IMG/VR virus record: IMGVR_UViG_3300045119_000457
Coordinates: 5,194-69,193 of that record
Direction: 5' to 3' (one strand)
Origin: a virus
Length of the DNA: 64,000 bases
Under the pieces are notes generated by a model, which made no database searches, was not told where the DNA came from, and worked only from the letters and a program-made list of their open reading frames with translations. Positions 36,853 to 45,800 of this stretch are shown in pieces; position 1 is the stretch's first letter; the number at the start of each line of letters is the position of its first letter. Made by a program: the position numbers and the translations under genes.

Positions 36853-37947
36853 CTAGGCCTGGGTGACGCCGTACAGGCCAGCCGTGTCGCCCAGGAACAG
36901 AGGTGACGGCGACTGCCTGACGGTCAAGCGCTTGCTGCCGTCTGACGCCGACTGTACCGCGTAGGTGCCGCGGACGTCGCCTGTCGTCGTCGTGGCGACC
37001 GTGGCGACGCCAGGCAGGTAGCCGGTGCTGGCCGTGACCAGGGCGGCACCCCAGGTGATCGAGACGTCCTGGAAGGTGCCAGTGAACAGCGGGAAGGCGA
37101 AGACGTCAGTCGTGCCGACCGTCACCGTGGCGCCGACCGTGCCGACCGGCGTGACGCTGGCCAGCCACTTGATGCCCTTCTTGCCGGGCACCGTAGTGGC
37201 ACCAGCAGCCTGGAACGCCTCACTCACTGGCTGGCCGTAGACGTCATAGCCACGCACCGTGTAGACCGCACTGTCGCCCGCCGCCGTGGTGATGCTGAGC
37301 GCGCGGCTCGACATCGCCAGGGGATTGTAGAGCGACGTGCCCTGCTGGCTGACGTTGCTCGGGATCTTGGGCACGCCATTGAGGCCCGGCGCGCCGATCA
37401 GGGCGCCTGACGCGAAAGTCTGCGAGCTGTCCAGGAGGTACGTGCCAACGTCACCGCGGCCAGTGCCGTAGCCGACGATCGTCGTCGGCGCGATCGCGCC
37501 AGCGGCTGAATAGACCACCGTGCCCGGCGTGAGCGTGCCGCTGATTACCGTCACGCTGAGCACGTTGCCGGCGATCGACGCCGTGATCGACACACGCAGC
37601 GCATCGATCAGTACGAGATTGGTCGCCGAGCCGATCCTGGCGCCGACCGTGGCAACGGTACTGTTAACCGTCGGCAGAACAAGCGGCGTGCCGTTGACCG
37701 GCGTCTGCGAGGCGATGACCGTGGCCGCGCCCAGCGCCGTCGGGATGAAGTCGATCGTCGTGATGGCGCTGGTGCCGTACCAGCCGGATGACATGCGAGA
37801 CGACGACTGGCCAGGATTGTAAGTGCGCGGATCGAGCGTGCCGACGCCGTTGGCGAACAGCGACGGACCATTGTCGGGATTGTGATCCAGGCCGGCAGCG
37901 CCCTCGTTGAAGACTACCAGCGGCCCGGAGAAAGCAGTGACTGCCAT
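36853..37947 (-). CDS. structural protein downstream of capsid
   Basis: MAVTAFSGP start; GYDVYGQ, TTTTGDVRGT motifs. Confidence 0.75.
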   Translation of the reverse strand: MAVTAFSGPLVVFNEGAAGLDHNPDNGPSLFANGVGTLDPRTYNPGQSSSRMSSGWYGTSAITTIDFIPTALGAATVIASQTPVNGTPLVLPTVNSTVATVGARIGSATNLVLIDALRVSITASIAGNVLSVTVISGTLTPGTVVYSAAGAIAPTTIVGYGTGRGDVGTYLLDSSQTFASGALIGAPGLNGVPKIPSNVSQQGTSLYNPLAMSSRALSITTAAGDSAVYTVRGYDVYGQPVSEAFQAAGATTVPGKKGIKWLASVTPVGTVGATVTVGTTDVFAFPLFTGTFQDVSITWGAALVTASTGYLPGVATVATTTTGDVRGTYAVQSASDGSKRLTVRQSPSPLFLGDTAGLYGVTQA

Positions 37948-37956
37948 TGGTTTCTC

Positions 37957-38871
37957 CTACGAGGTCGGGTAGCTTCCGAAAATCGCGCGCCAATTGTAGT
38001 AGGCGAACGAGTAGCGCTCGTATCCCTTGACCAGCAAATTATCTGTAATGAAATCCACTTGCATATCTGTTTCGAAGGATATGCGGGTCATGTAGCTCAG
38101 ACCATCGATGTTGGTCAGCATGAACCAGGGATAGGGCGAGGTCAAGAAATCAAGGACGAGAAACCCTTCAGGTAGACCACCTGCGGTTGAGAGGATCGCA
38201 TTGACATCGTTGTCTGCTGTACCAGGCCGCAGCTCGGTCTTGGTCAAGCGAATCGCCGTGGGCTCGTTGGCTGGTGCAATCACAAGCTTGCGGGCGCGCG
38301 CCAGGATCTTCAAACCGGCGATGTCGCGGAAGTTGGTGCGAATGGCGATCTGCGCGTTGAGCAGCGAGGCTTCGTTGAGGTCGATGTCGACCGCCGCCCG
38401 GTTCGACAGCACCTGGCCGTCGATCGGATGGTTGGCATCGATCAGCGGCCGACCGTCGCCGCCGATGTTGTTGTTGTAGACGTTGCCGGTATTCAAGATG
38501 TCGGCGGCGTAGACTTCCTTGGTCTGGTGGAAGCTCTCCGTCAGGCCAAGGTTAGAGGGAGCGAACTGGGTCTTGTAGAGGTTGTCGTCGATCGCCTTCC
38601 TGGTCATCGCGTAGCCCAGGCCGACCTCGATGTGTTCCTGATTGTAAACGTAGCGCTCGCCGGAGCCATTATCGAAGGCGGTCTGGCCACCTTCGGTCTT
38701 GAGCTGGGCGAGGCCGAGGTAACGCATCTCGGCAGTGCGCTCCAACGCCATCTTCGACTCATGCTTGGCGAAGACTTTGTCGTATTGGCTCGGGATCTGC
38801 TCGTACTTGCCTTCGACACCACGAAGACCGGGGAGCAACAGGTCCTTGATCTGGGAGAGATTGACGGCCAT
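37957..38871 (-). CDS. major capsid protein (HK97 fold, Mu gpT-like family)
   Basis: LLLPGL, KTEGG, GGDG..L...HP, PGTADNDVN, ERYSF motifs; 304 aa. Confidence 0.9.
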   Translation of the reverse strand: MAVNLSQIKDLLLPGLRGVEGKYEQIPSQYDKVFAKHESKMALERTAEMRYLGLAQLKTEGGQTAFDNGSGERYVYNQEHIEVGLGYAMTRKAIDDNLYKTQFAPSNLGLTESFHQTKEVYAADILNTGNVYNNNIGGDGRPLIDANHPIDGQVLSNRAAVDIDLNEASLLNAQIAIRTNFRDIAGLKILARARKLVIAPANEPTAIRLTKTELRPGTADNDVNAILSTAGGLPEGFLVLDFLTSPYPWFMLTNIDGLSYMTRISFETDMQVDFITDNLLVKGYERYSFAYYNWRAIFGSYPTS

Positions 38872-38883
38872 GGCGCGGGCTCC

Positions 38884-39513
38884 TTACGCGATACCAGTCG
38901 GGCCGGCGCCGTTGGTGCGCTGCCACTGATTGTTGAAGCCGACGATCACCTGATTGTAGGCCGTGGTCGGATCAGCTCCGGGAGCACTCGACGGCCAGTC
39001 GCGCAGGCCGCGCACGATGAACGGGAAGGTGACCGTGGTGCCGACCGCATTGAGATAGGCACCCGAGCGGCCGGTAAAGGCATTGCCGGTGCCGATCGCA
39101 AACTGGGCATAGAGCCCGATCGGCGAGGTACCCCAGGCACTCAGCGTGCCGGAAATGTTGAAAGTCGTGCCGTTGCCCATGACGACAAACTGCGCATTGG
39201 GATCGTCGATGATCCGGCAATGGACGTCGCCGCTAGCGTCAGAGCCGGGCCAGTAGTTGCTCCAGGTCTTGCGCTTCTGGGCGATCGACATGTAGTCGCA
39301 ACCGTCGAAGATGCCGTCGATGCGGGTGGTACCCGGCGCGGCCTGGGTGACGTAACCCGTCGCCGTCGCGATCACCGGCATGACCGGATCGCCGCTGTAA
39401 ATCGGCGTGGTGTTGCTCGAGGCTACACGGCGAGTGGACAGGGCAAAGGTCGGGACACCGCCCGAACCGCCGTACCACTGATTGAATCCATTCGGCGCGT
39501 TGGTGTTCGCCAT
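38884..39513 (-). CDS. capsid decoration / cement protein
   Basis: MANTNAPNGF, IYSGDPV, GIFDGC, DDPNAQF; directly upstream of the MCP. Confidence 0.75.
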   Translation of the reverse strand: MANTNAPNGFNQWYGGSGGVPTFALSTRRVASSNTTPIYSGDPVMPVIATATGYVTQAAPGTTRIDGIFDGCDYMSIAQKRKTWSNYWPGSDASGDVHCRIIDDPNAQFVVMGNGTTFNISGTLSAWGTSPIGLYAQFAIGTGNAFTGRSGAYLNAVGTTVTFPFIVRGLRDWPSSAPGADPTTAYNQVIVGFNNQWQRTNGAGPTGIA

Positions 39514-39646
39514 GACGGACTGCTCCCTGTGAGGGAGGCTCCGTCATCACCGCCGAGGCAATTATAGGGGCCGGGAAATCAGACGCGCTCACACCGGGGA
39601 GCGCACTAGTGGGCGCACGATGCGCAGAAACACCAGATCTTGTAAA
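39512..39646 (-). promoter_or_regulatory. structured leader of the capsid operon with putative promoter
   Basis: TTTACA -35-like box; hairpins at 39585-39604 and 39512-39547, the latter covering the RBS and start codon. Confidence 0.6.
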
Positions 39647-39653
39647 GAGCCCC

Positions 39654-40268
39654 TTACTTGGGACGGTCGGTCGGGATGTTGAGCGGCTCGTAGCCGCGCC
39701 GGATATTGACCAGGCTGGCGCCCTTGTTGTCGCGCTCGAAGGTGCCGGCCGGCGCTGCGTTCATCTGCTGCTGCTTCAAGCGAATCTGTTCACGCGCCCG
39801 GTTGTAGGCCATGGCGTCGCGCCGCTCCTTCACCTGCAGCGGGATCTCCATCAGGATCATGCCTTCGCGCTCGATCGCCAAGTAGTTGCCCGCGCTCGGC
39901 ATGAATTCGGGATGGCGCGCTGCCGGCACCGGACGCCAGCCGCTGGTCGCCATCTGGATGGCGTAGGCGCGATCTTCGAAGCCCAGCACCGATTTTTTCT
40001 TCCAGTTATAGGCCCAGCCATCGGGCGGGCCGCCGCTCGGCATGGGGAACTTGTCGATGAAGTCGCCGGCCAGGTCGTCGCGCTCGAGCAACTCATTCGA
40101 CAGCTTGTCGGCCTCCTCGCGCGAGGTGAGCTCGCGCGGCGCCTGGCGCGGCTCGGGGCGCTGCGCTTCATCGCGCGGGATCTCGCGGACCGGTGGCTCG
40201 AGCTGCGGCGCCAAGTCGGGACCTTCGATCGGCGCAATGCGCCGACGACGGCGTGGCATTTCATTCAT
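39654..40268 (-). CDS. conserved head-cluster hypothetical protein
   Basis: PPDGWAYNWK..GWRPVPA..HPE..GMILMEIP. Confidence 0.8.
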   Translation of the reverse strand: MNEMPRRRRRIAPIEGPDLAPQLEPPVREIPRDEAQRPEPRQAPRELTSREEADKLSNELLERDDLAGDFIDKFPMPSGGPPDGWAYNWKKKSVLGFEDRAYAIQMATSGWRPVPAARHPEFMPSAGNYLAIEREGMILMEIPLQVKERRDAMAYNRAREQIRLKQQQMNAAPAGTFERDNKGASLVNIRRGYEPLNIPTDRPK

Positions 40269-40276
40269 GGCTGCTC

Positions 40277-41125
40277 CTAGTGCCGCGTGATGCGACCTTC
40301 CTTGACCAGGGCGTCCTGCGACGCGGCGTATTCTTCGTCGGTCTGGCCGGCGATGCGGGCGTATTCCTGTTCGGTCGAACTCAGCCGGCGGCTGTTCTTA
40401 CTGGGGCCACTGCGCACCGGCGCGGCCGGTGGCGCCGTGTCGTCGCTGCGCGCGCGCACGGTCCGCGCCGCCGTCGAGCGAGCGTCGCCGTCGCGGTCGA
40501 CGCCGTTGGTCGCACTCGGTTCGATCTCGAGGATGCGCTCAATGTCGGCGAAGTACTCGTCGCTGTCGGCGCGGTGCTTGGTCACCGAGGCGTTGTGGGC
40601 ACCGACCAGGGCACTGACCTTCTCCTCGCTGTGCGCCCATTCGGGATGACGACGCACCCAGGCCGCCGATTTCTCGCTGAGGCCCTTGGCGATGCGCTCG
40701 ACACGCTCGCTGAGGCTGAGGGAATTAAACGGCCGGACGTCGGCACCGGGCGGCAAGGGCGGATTGTCGATCTGCTGCTGCAGCGCGAACTTGCCCTGCT
40801 CGATACCGAGCAGGCGGGCACTGACGTCGCCCATCTCGGCGGTGGCCTCGGCCACCGTATCGTGATCGCCCTCGGCCGAAGCGGTGCGCAGGCGCGCCTT
40901 CAGGATATCACGCGCCGTCTTGAACTGTTCAATGTCGCTGTCGAACATCGCCATGCGACTGCGCTGCACTTCGTTGCCGCTGGCGACACTGTCCTGCACC
41001 GCGCGCTGGGCGCGCCGCTCGGCGTTGTGGGCGCGCTGCTCGGCGTTGCGCCGGGCCTCCGCCTCCTCCTCGATGCGGGCTTTCAGGCTGTCGATGCTCT
41101 CGTCGACTTTGAGATCGTCGGCCAT
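40277..41125 (-). CDS. putative capsid scaffolding protein
   Basis: Coiled-coil N-terminus, PPAAPV, C-terminal LSSTEQEYARIAG..EEYA. Confidence 0.75.
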   Translation of the reverse strand: MADDLKVDESIDSLKARIEEEAEARRNAEQRAHNAERRAQRAVQDSVASGNEVQRSRMAMFDSDIEQFKTARDILKARLRTASAEGDHDTVAEATAEMGDVSARLLGIEQGKFALQQQIDNPPLPPGADVRPFNSLSLSERVERIAKGLSEKSAAWVRRHPEWAHSEEKVSALVGAHNASVTKHRADSDEYFADIERILEIEPSATNGVDRDGDARSTAARTVRARSDDTAPPAAPVRSGPSKNSRRLSSTEQEYARIAGQTDEEYAASQDALVKEGRITRH

Positions 41126-41134
41126 GGCGCGCTC

Positions 41135-41524
41135 CTACCAGCAAATATCCGGCGAGGGGATTTTCATGCGCACCGCGGTGTCGTTCATCATCCGACAGCG
41201 TGCCTTGTTGATGGAGAGCTGCCAGGTGTCGCCGGGGCGGGCGATGATCCAGTCACCGACCTTGGGTCCGCCATGGGTGAACCACTTGTCATCGGACTGG
41301 AAAGCGCTCGGGCCGGTCTTGAGGATCAGCATGGCCTTGCCCTGGTACTCGTCTTCCTTCTGCGCACCGGGACCGACATAGATGCCGCTCTTGGACTTCT
41401 CCGGCCGCATGTAGATCGCGACCAGGACCTGGTTGTTGAAAACCTCGACCTGGCTGAGATCGCCGACCTGTTTGAGCAACACTTCGGTCGGATCTTCGTC
41501 ATGTGCCATGGCGATTGCAGGCAT
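41135..41524 (-). CDS. GroES-like co-chaperonin
   Basis: NQVLV..EKSKSGIYV..GP.AF..KVGDWI..RMMND. Confidence 0.85.
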   Translation of the reverse strand: MPAIAMAHDEDPTEVLLKQVGDLSQVEVFNNQVLVAIYMRPEKSKSGIYVGPGAQKEDEYQGKAMLILKTGPSAFQSDDKWFTHGGPKVGDWIIARPGDTWQLSINKARCRMMNDTAVRMKIPSPDICW

Positions 41525-41526
41525 AG

Positions 41527-41724
41527 TTAACCTCGCTGAATGTCGCTCAGCGCCTGCGCCAGGAATTCCTTGGACAGACGTAAGCCGGCAATGATGCCGC
41601 AGTGGAATTTGTAGTCGCTGTGCGCCGTCAAATTGCCGGCCGACAGTGTTTGCAACGTATCTTCGATCGCCTTGTCGAGGCTGCGTTGCACCAGCCTCTC
41701 AATCCGTTCGTCGAACGACGCCAT
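41527..41724 (-). CDS. small conserved hypothetical protein
   Basis: LSAG..DYKFHCGIIAGL motif upstream of the GroES gene. Confidence 0.75.
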   Translation of the reverse strand: MASFDERIERLVQRSLDKAIEDTLQTLSAGNLTAHSDYKFHCGIIAGLRLSKEFLAQALSDIQRG

Positions 41725-42830
41725 TACCCCTTAAAGCCGGGGGTGTGCTGTCCTTCCTTGTGAACCTTGCGCAGCCGGCCAAGGCCCGAGCCGGCGCCAG
41801 CATCCTTGCTCATGTAGCCAGCTCGCCCACCGCGGGCGCGCGGCATGCCGGGAGGCATGCCTGGCGGCCCGCCAGGGGGCATTCCAGGCGGCGGGCCGGG
41901 CGGTGGACCCGGCGGGGGCCCGCCCATGCCAGGCGGCGGCATGCCTGGCGGCGGGGCGTTCTGCGGCGGCGGTGGGGGCCGTACCGGGGCCTGGGGCGGC
42001 GGCATGTTGGGATGCTGACCGCCACCTGGCGCGCCGATGATGATGTTGATCTTGGTGGCGCCCTTGGCGCGGCCGCCCTTGGCACGCTCGACCCGACCAC
42101 CGGCCGAATCCTCGGCCTCGCCGCCCTTCTTGAGCTTGGTCAGGGGCTCGCCCTTGTGATCGTGCTTCTCGTGCTTGTGGACGGCTTCCTTGGCCTCTTT
42201 TTTGTAGGGCCCGATCTTGACCGGCGCGTCCTTCGGCAGCTCGGCTTTCTTCAGCATGCCGCTGACCGCCTTGGCGACCTTGGGCGCCTCTTTCTCGACC
42301 TCGCCGCCCTTCTTGAACTTCGGGTTGCCGCTCTCGTCGGTTTCCTTGACGTTGGGGAATGTCTTGCGGACGTTGGCCAGCTTACCGGCCGGGGTGTTCT
42401 CGACCTTGGCACCGCCGATGTTGACGTACTTACCCTTCAGCGTATCGGTATCGGGCTTGTCGACCTTGCCACCCTTGGCCATCGGCCCGCCGCCGCACTT
42501 CTCCGGCCGGCCGCCCTTGTTGTAGCCACCCTTGTGGAAGTTGCCGAGCTTGGACTTGTTCTCGTCGGCCGTGTCGTGGATCGACAGCGCGCCTCCGTCA
42601 GCCTTGCGCGGCTCTTTGCCAGCGTTCACAGGGCCGCGATCGCCCTGGATGCGGCCGCCGTGCTTGTAAGCCTTCGCCCTGATCGGCCGGGCGCCGGTCT
42701 TCTTGTCGGCGTTGAGTGCGTCGGACGGGCTCCACGAGCTTGCGTCGACCTTGCCAGGGGTTTTCTGGTTGGCCAGGCGGTTGGCTTTTGCGCGCATATC
42801 GGAGCGCGCTTTCTTGGATTGCTCAGACAT
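41724..42830 (-). CDS. Lys/Pro-rich protein with many xxxGGxV repeats
   Basis: 368 aa; repeated KGG motifs, PPGMPP tract, GAGSGLGRL end. Confidence 0.75.
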   Translation of the reverse strand: MSEQSKKARSDMRAKANRLANQKTPGKVDASSWSPSDALNADKKTGARPIRAKAYKHGGRIQGDRGPVNAGKEPRKADGGALSIHDTADENKSKLGNFHKGGYNKGGRPEKCGGGPMAKGGKVDKPDTDTLKGKYVNIGGAKVENTPAGKLANVRKTFPNVKETDESGNPKFKKGGEVEKEAPKVAKAVSGMLKKAELPKDAPVKIGPYKKEAKEAVHKHEKHDHKGEPLTKLKKGGEAEDSAGGRVERAKGGRAKGATKINIIIGAPGGGQHPNMPPPQAPVRPPPPPQNAPPPGMPPPGMGGPPPGPPPGPPPGMPPGGPPGMPPGMPRARGGRAGYMSKDAGAGSGLGRLRKVHKEGQHTPGFKG

Positions 42831-42889
42831 CGAGGTTGGCCTCGCATACAAGGTCTTGTGGGCGCTTTACCATGCAAGCCTCCATTTGC

Positions 42890-45800
42890 CTAGGGATAGC
42901 GGCCGCCGACGTCGATCGTCTTGCGCAGCTTCTGATAAATGTCGTCGTGCAGGCGCTCGGAGATGCGACCGCCTGAGGCGTAGCCCTTCTGGCCGGCCAG
43001 GATGCTGGTGCGCATCCGCGGCGTGATGGTGAGCGCGTGCAGCTTGTGCGGCGGATGAGCGGCCAGGTAGTCGCGCACCATCGCGCCCTTCTGGTCGCGC
43101 CGAAAAGCATTGTGGATGTGGCCCTCGTCGCCGATGTCGGCGTACTTGGGATTGTTCCTGACCCAGTTCTTGAACGCCTGGTAGTTGTCGTGCGTCGCCC
43201 GCAGGAGCTCTGCCTGGTTGTCGATGGTGTGCGCATGCGGTTGCACCCTGGCCTCAGGGTCGTGCTGCTTGGCCAGCTTCTCGAGCGCCTTGGGCAGGAT
43301 GGTGTCGTAGAAGCCCTTCATGCCCTGGCCACCGATCTTGAGACCGTCGCCGCTCATCGTATGAACGCCGGAACTGGGCAGTCGATTATCAGGATGCATC
43401 AATCTCTCAGCAGCTTCCTTGCCAATGTGCGAGGCAAGGTTCTCCGGCGTTACGCCTTTGATCTGCTGCGGATCGGCCATGCGGGAATTTTCTTTAGGTG
43501 TCACTTCCAGAATCTTAAATTTGGGATCGTAACTTAGAGAGCTGACCTGCTGACTGAGATCGTAGCGCTTGGCCTGCTCCTCGCCCGGCGTCACCACCAG
43601 CCTGTCGTAGCCGCCCTTGGCGGCCTCGTGCAGCGCGCGCTTGAGGCCGAGGTCGGTCCACTTGGCGGTGCTGTCGACATAGGGCGCAGGTGGTAGTTTG
43701 TTTTCGGCTGTCTTATCGACAGTGTCGCGGAGCGCACGATATTTGTCCGCGGCAGCTTGCTCACCGACCTCGCCGAGCGAACGCACAACACCGCCATCGC
43801 CTAAATTATCGACGTGGTCGTGGACATTCTCGAGGGACATGTGCGTTCCGGCCAGCAGCTTCTGCTTCAAGAGCTCGCGCATGTCGCCCTGGTGGATCGC
43901 CAATGCCTTGACCGCCGCCTTGTGTTTCTCGGGATCATGGAAACCACCAGCCTCGCGCACGTCCTGGCCGTAGTCGCTCTGCAGCTCCTCGAGGTGCAGG
44001 ATCTTCTCGTGCTGCTTCATCGTTTTAAGTTCGAGATTGCCGTGCAGCTTTTCTGGCAGCGTTGTCAGATGACGCCGCGCCTCGTCTTCGCTGTCAAAAG
44101 CCCTGGTCGTGGCACCCGAAGTCTTGTTGCGCCAGACATACCTGGGCACCGGCGGTCCATCGCGGTCGCTCAGGCGCAGGTGAGCCAACACGTTGGGTTC
44201 GTCCCAGTGCGATGAACGATATTCCGGTGTCCTGAGTGGTTTATTTACGTTGTCGTATTCCTTCGACACTTCGGCGCGTTGTTCCGGTGATAGACTATTC
44301 CAGTCGCCATAGCCTTTTTCGCGCGCTACATCGTTCAGTGTTTTCTTGTGCGTCGGTGTGGACGGCAAGTGCAGCACGACCTCGCGGTAGTTCTTGCCAC
44401 CAGGCAGTTGGTAGTCGTGATACTTCGTCCCACCGGACGGGCCCGTGTCATCGGCATAGTCGTAGTTCTTGTCGCCGTATTCCATTTCCTCGATCTTGGG
44501 CAGGTGCTTCGTGAAGTGGTCGCGGACCTCGCGCTTGGTGACGACGTTCTTACCAGCGAAGGCCTGGTCGTAGCCCGACCACTTGAACTCGTCAGGCTTG
44601 ACGCCGCGCTTCAGCAGCATGGCCTTGAACTGCGCCGGCGAGCCCTTCATCTGCGGCTGCTTCCAGGTCTCCTCGGCGGCGTGAGAGTAGAGCCCGATCG
44701 GTGACAACGTGCGCCGGCCCTCGTCGATCGGCTTGATGTAGGAGGGCGTGTCGAGCGCGCTGCCGATCTGCTGCGGCGGCGGTGGCGGTGGCGGTGGCGG
44801 TGTTTGATCGTCACTCACCGGACCACCATCGGCGAAGCCGGCCTTGGTCGCCTCCTGACCCTGGCTGTTGATCTTGCCAGACGACGCCGCACCGGCAGCG
44901 AACACGCGGGCCGTCGGATCGGCGCTCGGATCATTGGCCACCTGCATGGCAAATTCATTGGCGTTGGCCGGGTTGCCTGGCGTGCCACTGCCCGAACCAC
45001 CGCCACCGAGCAAGCTGGAAAGGCCGGCGGCCTTCTTGACGCCCTTGCCAGGCTCACCAGGCGGACCCTCGCCGGCGCTGTACGGCGTGCTGCCCATGTC
45101 GACCGTGCCGCCGTTAGCTTTTTTTCGTCGCAGCGCCTGTTCCGCTCGCCACACGGCATCATAAAAGTCCTTATCGCGTTTGACCGGCCCGCCGTCGGCC
45201 TTGGTGGGCCGACGGCCCAGGCCACGCAGCAGGTCTACGCCTTCTTGTGAGCCGGATGCGCGGATGGCTTTTTCGAGTCGTGTGTCGCGCTTGAGCCCGT
45301 GCTCTTGGGCGAAGGCTTTGTCGACGGCTTCGACTTTCGGTGCGAGAACATCTGATACGAACCGGAGAACATCGGATCGTCCGGCGGCACTAAGCCGTGC
45401 TTTATAATCTTCGCCATTGGGGTTCGCTTTCCAGTCATTGCCGCGCAGCTCGCCATCGCTGGCGAACAGACGCTCGTGCGCCGTTATGCCACCACTATCG
45501 AACTTTTGCAAGGCCTCGTCGACCGCCTTATGGAAGACCTTGTGATCGGCCATTTTGCTGAAATTGACGATGCGCATCGTACCCGGACCGCTCGGGATCA
45601 GCGCCGTGTCGGGGATCTGATCGACCAAGGCGCCCAGATGACGGATCTGATCGCCCGACAGCGGCTTTTCGAACTGGTACTCGACCCCGTTCGCCTTGCT
45701 GACCTGCGGATTGTAGTAGGGCCGGTGGTAGCCAACCCCGTCCTGCTTCAGTAAGAGCCCGCGCGCATTGGCATAGTGGTCCAAAAGATCACGCGAGGCG

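Noticed and set aside
42823-42873. 16-codon minigene with GGAGG RBS before the 368-aa gene
   Set aside because: The downstream gene has its own GAGG; too short to support without expression data
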